Part shown: positions 27,432 to 37,718 of the stretch, piece after piece
Position numbering within the stretch: position 1 is the stretch's first letter
How the letters are laid out: every line of letters begins with the position of its first letter
From: an uncultured Desulfobacteraceae bacterium
Lineage (GTDB): Bacteria; Desulfobacterota; DSM-4660; Desulfatiglandales; B25-G16
Length of the DNA stretch: 64,000 nt
Reading direction: 5' to 3'
Assembly (NCBI GenBank): GCA_964655655.1
Contig: CAZZPR010000005.1
Location: forward strand, 1,968 to 65,967
Made by a program: the position numbers and the translations under genes
The notes under the pieces: model-generated
What the model was told of the DNA's origin: nothing
The model's input: only the letters and a program-made list of their open reading frames with translations
Databases searched by the model: none

Positions 27432-28205
27432 ATGCCTGATGACAACGTATATATCCAAATCAGGGGGTTAAACCTGGCTTTTGGTCACCTGGAGGCATTA
27501 TCGGAAATAGATCTTGACCTTAAAAAGGGAGAAAAGCTGGGTGTTATAGGGCCCAACGGGGCGGGAAAGACATGTATTCTGAACTGTATAAGCGGCTTTT
27601 ACAGGCCCCAGACAGGCAAGATAATGTACAAGGGCAAAGACCTTGTGAACATACCCACCCATACTATTTCCCGGCTCGGAATATCGCGTACCTTTCAAAA
27701 CGTGGAACTCTACACAGGCCTGAGTACCCTGGACAACCTGCTGGCCGCCAGGCATTCCCTTATCCAATACGGTCCTTTGGCCGCCTTATTTCACTTTGGA
27801 AAATCCAGGACGGAGGAGGTAAAACACCGGAAAAATGTGGAAGAAGTGATCAAGCTCCTGGAGGTGGAAGACATACGGGATCACCTGGTACATTCCCTTC
27901 CATATGGATTGAGAAAGAGGGTGGAACTGGGAAGGGCCCTGGTGCAGGAGCCGGAAATACTATTGCTGGACGAACCCATGGCGGGAATGAACGTGGAAGA
28001 AAAGGAGGATATGGCCAGGTTCATTATTGATATCAACGAGCTGAAAAAAACCAGCATAATGTTGATAGAACATGACATGGGGGTGGTTATGGATATCGCA
28101 GACCGTGTGGCTGTCCTGGATTTCGGCCATAAAATTGCAGAGGGTTCGCCCCGGGAAGTTCGAAGTGATCCTCATGTAATCAGGGCATACCTCGGAAAGG
28201 AGTAA
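27432..28205 (+). CDS. LivG-like ABC ATP-binding subunit
   Basis: Walker A VIGPNGAGKTCILN, LPYGLRKRVELGRAL, and Walker B LLLDEPMAGMN. Start chosen at ATG 27432 (MPDDNVYIQIRGLNLAFG); the ORF is open from GTG 27384. Confidence 0.85.
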   Translation: MPDDNVYIQIRGLNLAFGHLEALSEIDLDLKKGEKLGVIGPNGAGKTCILNCISGFYRPQTGKIMYKGKDLVNIPTHTISRLGISRTFQNVELYTGLSTLDNLLAARHSLIQYGPLAALFHFGKSRTEEVKHRKNVEEVIKLLEVEDIRDHLVHSLPYGLRKRVELGRALVQEPEILLLDEPMAGMNVEEKEDMARFIIDINELKKTSIMLIEHDMGVVMDIADRVAVLDFGHKIAEGSPREVRSDPHVIRAYLGKE

Positions 28206-28208
28206 AAA

Positions 28209-30131
28209 ATGAACCACAAACAAAGCCATATGCATAGCATAGACGGAATGGACACCATTCCCAAGCTCCTGAAAAACAGATCCATGGTCTACAATCACGG
28301 AAAAATAGCAATGCGGAAAAAGGACTATGGAATCTGGAACCAATACACCTGGCAGGATGTATACATGCACGTGGAAAACATGGCATACGGGCTTTTATAT
28401 TTGGGATTCCGCAAAGGAGACAAGGTTGCCATCCTGGGCGACAACGATCCGGAATGGTACTGGGCAGAGTGGGCGGCCCAGTGCCTCGGAGGTACTGCTG
28501 TGGGGATCTATATAGATTGTATCGCATCGGAGATAAAATTCTATATACAGCACTCCGATGCCTCCTTTATCTTCGCCAGGGATCAGGAGCAGGTGGACAA
28601 GGTGCTGGAGGTTCACGAGGAACTGCCTAACGTGAAAAAAATTATCTACTGGGACCCCAGGGGATTATGGTTTTACGAACATGACCAAATAATGGACATA
28701 GAAAGTCTTGAGGACATGGGGAAACGTTACAAAGAAGAAAGGCCCGGACTTGTCGACCAATTTATAGCCGATGGAAGCGGAGAAGACATAGCCGCCTTTT
28801 GCTACACTTCCGGAACCACGGGAACCCCCAAGGCGGCGATGATAAGCCATAAAAATCTTCTTTACGCAGTAAGGGCCCTGTGGCAGTACAATAAATTTCT
28901 TCCATCCGACGATTATCTCTCATACATATCCCCAGCATGGATTACAGAACAAATGCTCGCCCTGACCGGCGGGGTGGCCGTGCCGTTTATTATAAATTTC
29001 CCCGAGAAACCTGAAACAGTGCAAAAAGACATTCGGGACATTGCTCCCAGTATCATCTTTTACGGGGCCAGGCTCTGGGAGAACCTCGCCTCCACGATAC
29101 AGGCCAAGATTACGGATACCACCAGGCTTAAAAAATTCTTTTATCAGATTGCCTCCAGGGTCAGCTACAAGAAGCTGGAGTCATCTGAGAACGGCAAGCA
29201 GGCCAGTCCTTTGCTGAACGTACTGCACAGAATAGCCGACTTCATAGTGTTCCGACCTCTGCGGGACAGGATCGGTTTCCGTAAAAACAGGGTTGGTTAT
29301 ACAGCAGGGGCTGCAATAAGCCCTGACATGATGAAGCTCTTTCATATGATAGGGGTGAATATCAAAAACCTGTATGGCTCCACCGAGGCCAGCCTGGTAT
29401 GCCTGCACAAGGACGAGGACATTCGCTATGAAACCGTAGGTGTCCCCTTTGAAGGATGCGATATAAAGCTTTCCGAGGAGGGAGAAATACTTGTAAAAAA
29501 TGATGGGGTCTTCGCGGGTTACTACAAAAATTCTGAGGCCACCACAGAGGTGCTTAAAAACGGATATTACCATACCCGTGACGCCGGAATTTTCGATGGA
29601 GATCACCTTGTTTACCTGGATCGGGTTAACGAAATGATTACCCTTCCGAACGGCAAAAAATTTTCTCCCCAGTTTATTGAGATTAGATTGAGATTCAGCC
29701 CTTATGTAAAAGACGCCATGGTCTTCGGCGGCAGGGACAAACCATTCGTTTCCGCTATTCTCAATATTGAATATGCAAATGTTGGAAAGTGGGCCGAGAG
29801 AAACAAGGTAAATTACACCAATTACAGCGACCTCTCTCAGAAACCGGAGGTCATAAACCTTTTAAAAAAGATTGTGGCCCAGGTAAACGCAGTGCTTCCG
29901 GATCATTCCACGATATCATCCTTTGTAAGCCTGCACAAGGAATTCGACCCGGACGAGGAGGAGTTGACAAGGACAAGGAAATTAAAGCGGAAGTCTATAG
30001 AAAAGCGATACGAAGACATACTTAAGGCTATTTACCAGGGCAATGACAGGGTGAAAGCGGAAAGTCAAGTGGCATACCGGGACGGAAGAATCGGTTTCAG
30101 GGAGATAGAGGTAAAGATAACACATCTGTGA
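28209..30131 (+). CDS. AMP-dependent synthetase/ligase (acyl-CoA ligase, FadD-like) embedded in the ABC operon
   Basis: AMP-binding motif YTSGTTGTPKAAMISH, and later YHTRDAG and a KLKRK tail. 640 aa. Starts 3 nt after the livG-like stop. Confidence 0.88.
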   Translation: MNHKQSHMHSIDGMDTIPKLLKNRSMVYNHGKIAMRKKDYGIWNQYTWQDVYMHVENMAYGLLYLGFRKGDKVAILGDNDPEWYWAEWAAQCLGGTAVGIYIDCIASEIKFYIQHSDASFIFARDQEQVDKVLEVHEELPNVKKIIYWDPRGLWFYEHDQIMDIESLEDMGKRYKEERPGLVDQFIADGSGEDIAAFCYTSGTTGTPKAAMISHKNLLYAVRALWQYNKFLPSDDYLSYISPAWITEQMLALTGGVAVPFIINFPEKPETVQKDIRDIAPSIIFYGARLWENLASTIQAKITDTTRLKKFFYQIASRVSYKKLESSENGKQASPLLNVLHRIADFIVFRPLRDRIGFRKNRVGYTAGAAISPDMMKLFHMIGVNIKNLYGSTEASLVCLHKDEDIRYETVGVPFEGCDIKLSEEGEILVKNDGVFAGYYKNSEATTEVLKNGYYHTRDAGIFDGDHLVYLDRVNEMITLPNGKKFSPQFIEIRLRFSPYVKDAMVFGGRDKPFVSAILNIEYANVGKWAERNKVNYTNYSDLSQKPEVINLLKKIVAQVNAVLPDHSTISSFVSLHKEFDPDEEELTRTRKLKRKSIEKRYEDILKAIYQGNDRVKAESQVAYRDGRIGFREIEVKITHL

Positions 30132-30158
30132 TGATCAAATTCCCGCGGTGAGAGCTCC

Positions 30159-31214
30159 ATGTGGCGACCAGCAGGCATTTTTAATACAAGGTATGAACAG
30201 GACCGGGCAGTTATAAGAACCCGGCTCCAGTGGACAGGTTTAATCCTGTTCCTTGGCGGCCTGGTTACACTTTTCTTTTTCCTGGCAGATCAATATCTTC
30301 TGAGCATAGTTATTCTGACCATTATCACCATTGTATCCCTCCAGGGGCTCAACTTTATCCTGGGTTTTTGCGGCCAGATTTCCGTCGGTCATTCCGCGTT
30401 CATGGCTATAGGTGCGTACACTGCCACCATCCTGATGACCCGTCTCGGCTTTCCATTTATTCTCGCATTTCCCTGTGCGGGGATAAGTGCCGCCTCCATA
30501 GGGATGATTTTCGGTTTGCCTTCATTAAGGGTCAAGGGCTTTTATCTGGCACTGGCCACCCTGGCTGCACAATACCTTATAGGATGGTTTCTGCTTCATG
30601 GGGGAAGCCTGACAGGCAATATTTACGGTTTGACGGTGCCCAATGCCTCCATATTCGGAATTGTTCTGGACACAGACCGCAGCTTTTTCCTGTTCTCAAT
30701 AGCCATGCTGCTTATCATGTCCTATTTTTCCAAGAACCTGGAAAGAAGCAAAATAGGCCGGGCCTTTATCGCGGTTCGGGATAATGACACGGCAGCGGAG
30801 ATCATGGGCATAAACATTTTCAGATACAAGCTGCTGGCCTTTTTTATAGGCTCCTTTTATGCGGGCATAGCAGGGGCCATGTGGGCGCATTATCTGCTCC
30901 AGATCCATCCATCGCATTTTCCCTTGATGGATTCCATCTGGTACCTGGGCTTTCTGGTGGTTGGAGGACTGGGAACAGCCATGGGACCTATATTCGGAGG
31001 CATAGTGTATATCGGGCTAAGAGAATTGGTATCCATGATAACCCCTTTCCTGGGGGGGCTTTTTCCCGGGATTTCCACCAATATATTCTCCGGGATGGCA
31101 CTGGTGCTTTATTCCCTGGTAGTTATCTGTTTCCTCCTTTTCGAACCCCGGGGGATCAACCGGCAATTTAATCTTTTCAAGGCCTACTACAGGCTTTGGC
31201 CTTTTGCATATTAA
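30159..31214 (+). CDS. LivM-like branched-chain/hydrophobic amino-acid-type ABC permease
   Basis: 351 aa multi-TM protein with GQISVGHSAFMAIGAYTA, RVKGFYLALATLAAQ. Confidence 0.85.
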   Translation: MWRPAGIFNTRYEQDRAVIRTRLQWTGLILFLGGLVTLFFFLADQYLLSIVILTIITIVSLQGLNFILGFCGQISVGHSAFMAIGAYTATILMTRLGFPFILAFPCAGISAASIGMIFGLPSLRVKGFYLALATLAAQYLIGWFLLHGGSLTGNIYGLTVPNASIFGIVLDTDRSFFLFSIAMLLIMSYFSKNLERSKIGRAFIAVRDNDTAAEIMGINIFRYKLLAFFIGSFYAGIAGAMWAHYLLQIHPSHFPLMDSIWYLGFLVVGGLGTAMGPIFGGIVYIGLRELVSMITPFLGGLFPGISTNIFSGMALVLYSLVVICFLLFEPRGINRQFNLFKAYYRLWPFAY

Positions 31215-31243
31215 CAAAAATTTTAAGGGAGGGAGACTGGATT

Positions 31244-32467
31244 ATGATCAAAAAGATTTTTAAAAAAGCGAGTTTGGTTTTGTTGGTCCTGGGTGTGTTT
31301 GGTATTTTCGCAGCATTCACCGCTGCTCCGGCTACAGCCAAGGTGGTCAAGCTTGGGGTATTCGGCGATGTAACCGGCCCGATCGCCTTTACCGCTCAGC
31401 AGTTCTGGAAAGGCTACACCGACTACTTCAAATGGGTAGAGAAGCATGATCCCATCACCGGCATTACCATCGAGATATTGATGGAGGATACGGGCTATAA
31501 TCCAAAAAGGTATTTACCCGTTTTAAAGAAGTTCAACTCAGAAGGGATCAGCGCTGGTTATATTATGGGAACCATGGGCACTATGACCCTGGACAAGGAA
31601 TTGCGCAAGTTAAAAATTCCCTGCGTCAGCGAGGGCTCCGGTTATCCGCCTGCCATAGATCCGCCCGGCTATATCTTTCTGCTTCGACCCCTTTACCCTG
31701 ACTTTCTCGCCGCCGCGTGCATCCATTTTATGGACGTATGGAAAAAGGCCGGGCATAAAGAGAAGCCCAAGCTGATGGAGATTACCTGGGACAATCCTTA
31801 CGGCAGGGGATGTATAGCAGAGGGTGAACCCTGGGCTGAAAAATACGGTTTTGAAGTACTCCCCTACCAGCTATACAGCGGCCAGCCCAATGATCTTAGC
31901 ACCCAGCTCGGCCAGGCCAAGAAACTGGGTGCGGACCTTATTTACTCCAATCACCTGGAGGGTGCCCATGCGGTTTTATTAAAAGACGCCCGAAGAATGG
32001 GTCTTCTTGATAAAATGCAATTCTGCGGTGGCTCGGAGACAAGGGGTGCGGAACTTACAAAGCTGGCAGGAAAGGCAGTAGAAGGTGCATGGTCGGTAAA
32101 CCACTTTGTGGACTGGTCACAAACCCAGATCGAGGCCATTCAGCTGGCTATGAAAATGCAAAAGGAATTCAGGGGAAAGCTGGATTATCAAACCCAGTAT
32201 CTCATGGGAATAATACCCGCAAGAATTACCGCGGAGGCCATAAGATATGCGGCCGAGAATTACGGTGCTGAGAATGTGGACAGGGAAACCATATACAAGG
32301 CCCTGGTTACTATGCCGAAAATTGATATGCTTGGCCTGACCCCAGCAGAAGTCAAATATACTCCGGAGGAGAGAAGGCCTTTCAAGTATTTAAATATCTC
32401 CAAATGCGAGAACGGGGAGTGGGTTGAGAAAAAATACCACATAGAAGTTCCCTGGTTAAAACCGTAA
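31244..32467 (+). CDS. Type-1 periplasmic substrate-binding protein (LivJ/K-like fold)
   Basis: ATG at 31244 follows AAGGGAGGGAG. Signal peptide MIKKIFKKASLVLLVLGVFGIFAAFTAAPATA, then KLGVFGDVTGPIAF. Confidence 0.85.
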   Translation: MIKKIFKKASLVLLVLGVFGIFAAFTAAPATAKVVKLGVFGDVTGPIAFTAQQFWKGYTDYFKWVEKHDPITGITIEILMEDTGYNPKRYLPVLKKFNSEGISAGYIMGTMGTMTLDKELRKLKIPCVSEGSGYPPAIDPPGYIFLLRPLYPDFLAAACIHFMDVWKKAGHKEKPKLMEITWDNPYGRGCIAEGEPWAEKYGFEVLPYQLYSGQPNDLSTQLGQAKKLGADLIYSNHLEGAHAVLLKDARRMGLLDKMQFCGGSETRGAELTKLAGKAVEGAWSVNHFVDWSQTQIEAIQLAMKMQKEFRGKLDYQTQYLMGIIPARITAEAIRYAAENYGAENVDRETIYKALVTMPKIDMLGLTPAEVKYTPEERRPFKYLNISKCENGEWVEKKYHIEVPWLKP

Positions 32468-32471
32468 ACCT

Positions 32472-32507
32472 GAAAAAGCGCCCCTTCTGAGAGGGGCGCT
32501 TTTTTTG
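32472..32507 (+). terminator. Strong intrinsic terminator/attenuator hairpin between the binding-protein gene and the livH-like gene
   Basis: AAAAAGCGCCCCTtctgagAGGGGCGCTTTTTTT: a 9-bp GC-rich stem flanked by an A-run and a T-run. Confidence 0.8.
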
Positions 32508-32519
32508 CAGAGAATATTC

Positions 32520-33407
32520 ATGGATTTATTTTTTCAAGCACTGGCTAGCGGCCTGGTAGTAGGGTCCCTTTATAGCCTTGTAGGGCTGGGTATTGTGGTG
32601 ATCTATAAATCCACCCGGGTATTTAACTTCGCACAGGGTGGTCTTCTAATGATAGGGGCCTACCTGGTCTGGTCTTTCATAGATCAGGCCGGCATGCCGG
32701 TATGGCTTGCAGTTTTGTGCGGCCTTGGGTCATCTGTGGCCATAGGGTTCCTCATAGAGCGTTTCGGCATGAGAAGACTGGTTGGTCACCCCATTCTTTC
32801 CCTGATAATTGTCACACTGGCCCTTGAGGCCCTGCTCAACGGGGTTGTAACCCTGTTCTGGGGTAACCGTGAGTACAACGTATACCCTGAATTCATCCCG
32901 CCCGAGCCCGTGGAATTCTTTGGTATTATACTGTCTTTTCAGCATATTATCATCTTCCTGATAACGATGGTGATAATCGGGCTGTTCGTACTTTTTTTCA
33001 AGTACAGCAGGTGGGGGCTGGATATGCGCGCAGTGGCGGAGGACCATCAGGCCTCCATGTGTATGGGCATAAGCACCAGGCTGGTCTTTATAATGGCCTG
33101 GGTGATCTCCACTTTTCTGGCCTGCATAGGAGGCGTGCTCCTGGGGAGCATAAACGGGGTGAGCACCACCCTTAATGCCATTGCCACCAACTGCTTTCCG
33201 GTGGTGCTCCTCGGGGGGCTTGAATCCATACCCGGCGTTCTGCTCGCGGGGCTTATCGTGGGGGTTCTCCAGTATATGTCAGGGCAATACATAGACCCAC
33301 TTCTGGGAGCAAGCACAAGGGATATTGTTCCCTACATCATATTGATCCTGGTGCTTATGATCAAGCCATACGGCCTTTTCGGTTTGAAGAGAATAGAAAG
33401 GATATAA
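32520..33407 (+). CDS. LivH-like ABC permease
   Basis: MDLFFQALASGLVVGSLYSLVGLGIVVIY, FNFAQGGLLMIGAY. ATG at 32520, with the ORF open from TTG 32505. Confidence 0.88.
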   Translation: MDLFFQALASGLVVGSLYSLVGLGIVVIYKSTRVFNFAQGGLLMIGAYLVWSFIDQAGMPVWLAVLCGLGSSVAIGFLIERFGMRRLVGHPILSLIIVTLALEALLNGVVTLFWGNREYNVYPEFIPPEPVEFFGIILSFQHIIIFLITMVIIGLFVLFFKYSRWGLDMRAVAEDHQASMCMGISTRLVFIMAWVISTFLACIGGVLLGSINGVSTTLNAIATNCFPVVLLGGLESIPGVLLAGLIVGVLQYMSGQYIDPLLGASTRDIVPYIILILVLMIKPYGLFGLKRIERI

Positions 33408-33417
33408 AGAGTTCCTG

Positions 33418-34209
33418 ATGCTGCGTCTAAACAATGTAGAAGTAAAATTCAACAAGGTAATCCTGGTCCTGCGGGGGGTGTTTCTCGAGGTTCCCCCAAA
33501 ATCCATTATAGCCCTGCTCGGTGCAAACGGGGCCGGAAAAAGCACCACCCTTAAATCCATTACCGGGCTTATCGGAACCGAGATGGGCGAAATAACAGAT
33601 GGCAATATAGAATTCGAGGGTAAAACACTCAACGGCATGCCCACGGAGAAGATCGCCCAGATGGGAATAACCCAGGTAATGGAAGGCAGACGGCTTTTTT
33701 CTCATCTCACGGTGGAGGAAAACCTGCGTGTGGGAGCAAGGGCAAAAAGGGACAGGACCTCAATGAAGGAATCCCTTGAGATGGTTTACGGGTATTTCCC
33801 AAGGCTGGGCTTAATGCAAAAAGCAGTAGCCGGATATTGTTCCGGCGGTGAACAGCAGATGGTTTCAATAGGCCGGGCATTGATAAGCAACCCAAAGGTA
33901 ATGCTCCTGGATGAACCCTCGATGGGCCTCAGCCCTATCCTGGTACAGGAAATATTCAAAATTATCGAAAACATCCATAAAGACAAGGGGACCTCTATTT
34001 TGCTGGTTGAGCAGAACGCAACCAGCGCACTTGACATTGCCGACTACGGTTACATAATGGAAAATGGAAAGATAGTGCTCGACGGCTCCAGGAAAGAACT
34101 AAAGGAAAACGAGGACGTAAGGGAGTTTTACCTGGGACTGAGCGAAGTGGGGCAAAAAAAGAGCTACCGTGATATAAAACACTACAGGAGACGAAAAAGA
34201 TGGCTGTAA
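33418..34209 (+). CDS. LivF-like ABC ATP-binding subunit
   Basis: Walker A LLGANGAGKSTTLK, signature CSGGEQQMVSIGRAL, Walker B MLLDEPSMGLSP. Confidence 0.9.
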   Translation: MLRLNNVEVKFNKVILVLRGVFLEVPPKSIIALLGANGAGKSTTLKSITGLIGTEMGEITDGNIEFEGKTLNGMPTEKIAQMGITQVMEGRRLFSHLTVEENLRVGARAKRDRTSMKESLEMVYGYFPRLGLMQKAVAGYCSGGEQQMVSIGRALISNPKVMLLDEPSMGLSPILVQEIFKIIENIHKDKGTSILLVEQNATSALDIADYGYIMENGKIVLDGSRKELKENEDVREFYLGLSEVGQKKSYRDIKHYRRRKRWL

Positions 34210-34232
34210 GTCTCCTGCCCCAACCATATCAT

Positions 34233-34248
34233 TTTGCAAATATGCAAA
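34233..34248. promoter_or_regulatory. 6-4-6 inverted repeat TTTGCA-AATA-TGCAAA immediately upstream of the IclR gene (operator candidate)
   Basis: Perfect 6-bp arms read directly from the sequence, 10 nt upstream of ATG 34258. The function is inferred. Confidence 0.3.
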
Positions 34249-34257
34249 GGGGTCAGA

Positions 34258-35043
34258 ATGATCAAGAAGTCTAAATCTATGGCCCCCTCACTCGAGAGGG
34301 GTTTAAATGTCCTGGAAATACTGGCCTGGAAAAACCAGGAAATTACATTCGCGGAGCTGCTGGATGAAATAGATATTCCTCCCTCGTCCCTTTGGAGAGT
34401 GCTAAACGTTTTGAAGGAGCGGGGATATGTACACTTTAACGAAAAAAGAAGGGTTTACCGCCTCGGCCTCCAGTTTCTTTACATGAATAACTCCCTCATG
34501 GGCGGGATAGGCTACCGCTCAACCGCCTGGGAATACCTGAAAAGGCTTTCCAGGTTGACCGGAGAGACAGCTGAGCTGGATATTCGCGTACAGGACCACC
34601 TTGTGCTCGTGGAGCAGATAGAGGGAGAAAAAGGGAAAGTGGAAGAGCTTTACTCTCACCCTGGAAGCAGCATTCCCTATTTTCATGCCACCGCACCCGG
34701 CAAGGTCTATCTCGCAGAAATGGATATGGACAAGGTAAGAAGAGTGATCAACAAGCTCGGTCTTCAGCGGCTCACGGGGCATACCATCCAGGATATAAAA
34801 AAACTGGAAAAGGAGCTTATCACGGTTAAATCAAAGGGGTATGCCTTTGACTTCGAGGAAATGAGGAAGGGGGTATGCCGGGTTTCAGCGCCAATATATG
34901 ACAAGGAAAAGGCGCTTTTGGGCTGTTTTACCATTACATCTCCCTGTTCACGGTTAAAAAGGAACAGCCCCAGGAAAAATGAACTGGGTAACCTGGTAAA
35001 AGAAACCGCCGACGAATTCACCCGGGAGAGAGGCAGGTTGTAA
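34258..35043 (+). CDS. IclR-family transcriptional regulator
   Basis: N-terminal wHTH SLERGLNVLEILAWKNQEITFAELLDEIDIPPSSLWRVLNVLKERGYV, C-terminal effector domain (GHTIQD...GYAFDFEE...GVCRVSAPI). ATG at 34258 follows AAAGGGG. Confidence 0.88.
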   Translation: MIKKSKSMAPSLERGLNVLEILAWKNQEITFAELLDEIDIPPSSLWRVLNVLKERGYVHFNEKRRVYRLGLQFLYMNNSLMGGIGYRSTAWEYLKRLSRLTGETAELDIRVQDHLVLVEQIEGEKGKVEELYSHPGSSIPYFHATAPGKVYLAEMDMDKVRRVINKLGLQRLTGHTIQDIKKLEKELITVKSKGYAFDFEEMRKGVCRVSAPIYDKEKALLGCFTITSPCSRLKRNSPRKNELGNLVKETADEFTRERGRL

Positions 35044-35107
35044 TGAACTGTCGGGGACTTAAATACCTGCCTTGAGCTCAAAATACACCCTCGGCCTTTA
35101 TGCTAAT

Positions 35108-36310
35108 TCAAATGCTGAACAGCTTCTCCAATATATTAACGTTTTTATCCCAGGAATAATTCTCTACAGCAAATTTTCTGCATCGAGAGGAAACCTCCTT
35201 CCACTGGCGAGGATTATCCCGGTATACCTTCCAGGTATCTATAATCAATTCCGCCATTGATTCTGGTGTAGTATCCTTAAAGAGAAAGTTTGGATCAAGT
35301 CTGTCAAGAATTTCTGCCGTTCCACCTACGGGCGTCCCCAACACAGGGATACCTGAGGCCAATGCTTCTAAAGTCACAAGGCCAAAACCCTCCAGCTCCT
35401 TGGTAGGAAGTATAAAAATATCGGCTGCACGATAGTAATCCGGAAGGTCCTCGTCTGGTATAAAGCCAACAAACCTAATGTAGTCTCTAACTCCTGCTTT
35501 CTGACTCAACGAAATAAGAGTTTTCTGGAGTGGACCTTTTCCACCCAGAATAAGATAACTATCCGGCACCACTTTAATTACCTTTTTTATTGCATATATA
35601 AGATTTTCAAGCCCCATTCTGGGTTCCAGGTCTCTTACAGTTAGCAATACCATCTTGTCCTCGGGAATATTTAGACGACGCCTTACTTCTACCCTATTAA
35701 TGGCAGGGAAAAACTTCTGACTATCAACCCCTCCAGGCATGATCTCAATTTTGGCTGAGGGTATTCCATAAACATTCCGCAATTTTCCAAGAGTGAATCG
35801 GCTTAAAACAGCAATCTTATCAGATGCATTTAGAGCCCTTTTCTCAACCCATTTTCGCGCTTGGATATTCAAAAAATACAACACTCTTCTTGTGATTCCC
35901 TTTGGTTTGGGATTTCTCGATTGAAATTCCTCAAATGAAAGGGAGTGGCAGGTATAGATTTTTTTTGCTTTTTTCACGGCAGAGGAATGAATGATGGCAA
36001 AAGCGGAAAAAGGCTGATGAAAATTGATACAATCAAAAAAATACTCATTCTGGAGGCGCTCAAAGAGTTTTCTACAGTTTGATAACGTTGTTTTGATAAA
36101 GGTAAGATCATTTTTTTGATTGATATAGTACCTCCATTCCCGAACTCCCTTAACCATTTCACTATTGGATTTATGATCTTTTAGCTTTCTGGTAAGGATA
36201 TGCACATCATGGCCCCGCTTGGCTAAAAGGATACTTTCCTCAAATAACACCCTTTCTGATCCTGAGCTTGCGTTACTTATTGAAACATCTGTTACAAATA
36301 GAATATTCAA
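35108..36310 (-). CDS. Glycosyltransferase family 4 (GT-B, retaining type)
   Basis: MNILFVTD...SGSERV at the N-terminus and PTKELEGFGLVTLEALASGIPVLGT at the C-terminus. TTG start after AAAGGATGA. Confidence 0.85.
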   Translation of the reverse strand: MNILFVTDVSISNASSGSERVLFEESILLAKRGHDVHILTRKLKDHKSNSEMVKGVREWRYYINQKNDLTFIKTTLSNCRKLFERLQNEYFFDCINFHQPFSAFAIIHSSAVKKAKKIYTCHSLSFEEFQSRNPKPKGITRRVLYFLNIQARKWVEKRALNASDKIAVLSRFTLGKLRNVYGIPSAKIEIMPGGVDSQKFFPAINRVEVRRRLNIPEDKMVLLTVRDLEPRMGLENLIYAIKKVIKVVPDSYLILGGKGPLQKTLISLSQKAGVRDYIRFVGFIPDEDLPDYYRAADIFILPTKELEGFGLVTLEALASGIPVLGTPVGGTAEILDRLDPNFLFKDTTPESMAELIIDTWKVYRDNPRQWKEVSSRCRKFAVENYSWDKNVNILEKLFSI

Positions 36311-36525
36311 AATTCATCCTTTAAACTCGAACAACCATCCATCTGCCTTCAGCAATTTTATATAGATGAGTTTCGATAAATTTGGAAAGATTAATAAAAA
36401 TGAATACATACCTGGATCAAGCTTCAGTTTCTGGTGAATTCATAATGATTGTTTTGCAAGACACCTGTCTGGAAATATTCTATATAAATAAATACTCCAA
36501 TTACATTTTATGACGTACCTTATGA

Positions 36526-37548
36526 TTACTGGCTTACCTTAATATGATAGCCATAAGGATTTTTTTTGTGCCATATCCAGGCACTCTCTATTACCTTTTT
36601 CAATTCTGGAAATTTTGGGCTCCACCCTAATTCCCTTTTTATTTTTTCTGAGCTTGCCACCAATATAGCCGGGTCTCCCGCCCTCCTTTGCCCCTCAATT
36701 GCAGGGATTCTCTTTCCCGTCACCTTATTTGCTGTTTCCAGCACCTCTCTTACCGAATATCCATTTCCATTTCCTAGATTGAAAGCCTGGCTCTGCATCT
36801 CACCCCTTAAGGCTTCCAGGGCTAAAATGTGCGCCTGGGCCAGATCAGTAACATGGACATAATCTCTTATGCAGGTGCCATCCGGAGTAGGATAGTCTGT
36901 TCCAAAGATTCGTAATATATCCTTTGAAGTGGTCTGAATCTCCTGCCCAACAGAAAGTGCTTGCTTCAGGACCCTGGGTATAAGGTGTGTTTCCGGATTA
37001 TGATCTTCTCCGATCCTTCCTGTTGAATCAGCCCCAGCAGCATTGAAATAACGGAGGGAAATATACTTTAGACCATAAGCCCTAGCACAGTCAGCTAGAA
37101 TGTTCTCAAACATTGCCTTGGATCGCCCATAAGGATTTACCGGAACTAAAGGATTTCTCTCAGTAATCGGAATCTCTTTAGGTTCTCCATAGACAGCAGC
37201 GGTAGAAGAAAAGATAAATACCTCGACCTTGAACTCTAACATTACCTTAAGAAGATTTAGACCGGCAGCGACATTATTATAGTAGTATTTTTGGGGATCC
37301 ACTACAGACTCACCCACTAAACACGAAGCAGCAAAGTGCATTACCGCATCAATATGGTTTTTCTCGAATGTTTCTCTTAACTTTCTCTTATCTAATAGAC
37401 TAGCCTCCACAAATTGCCCACCTGTAATCGCCTCCTTATGCCCCACTGACAAGTCATCATAGGTAATTGGCCAATGACCTTTAGCAAAAAGTTCTTTTAC
37501 TGTATGACTCCCAATATAACCTCCGCCACCTGTGACAAAAATATTCAT
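36526..37548 (-). CDS. galE: UDP-glucose 4-epimerase
   Basis: VTGGGGYIGSH Rossmann motif, catalytic PYGRSK (YxxxK), DGTCIRDYVHVTDLA. Confidence 0.9.
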   Translation of the reverse strand: MNIFVTGGGGYIGSHTVKELFAKGHWPITYDDLSVGHKEAITGGQFVEASLLDKRKLRETFEKNHIDAVMHFAASCLVGESVVDPQKYYYNNVAAGLNLLKVMLEFKVEVFIFSSTAAVYGEPKEIPITERNPLVPVNPYGRSKAMFENILADCARAYGLKYISLRYFNAAGADSTGRIGEDHNPETHLIPRVLKQALSVGQEIQTTSKDILRIFGTDYPTPDGTCIRDYVHVTDLAQAHILALEALRGEMQSQAFNLGNGNGYSVREVLETANKVTGKRIPAIEGQRRAGDPAILVASSEKIKRELGWSPKFPELKKVIESAWIWHKKNPYGYHIKVSQ

Positions 37549-37718
37549 AATTCATTTATCCCTTCTACCTTGTGGACCTGAAACAAAAAAAACGTCCCAA
37601 TAAATATCTTGGCCATCATCGAGTTTCCTTCCTAAAAAATATATGAAAGGCTTTACAGACAATTAAACATTAAGCTTCTTATTCTATTATTACACTTTTC
37701 ATTTTATCATAATAAAAA

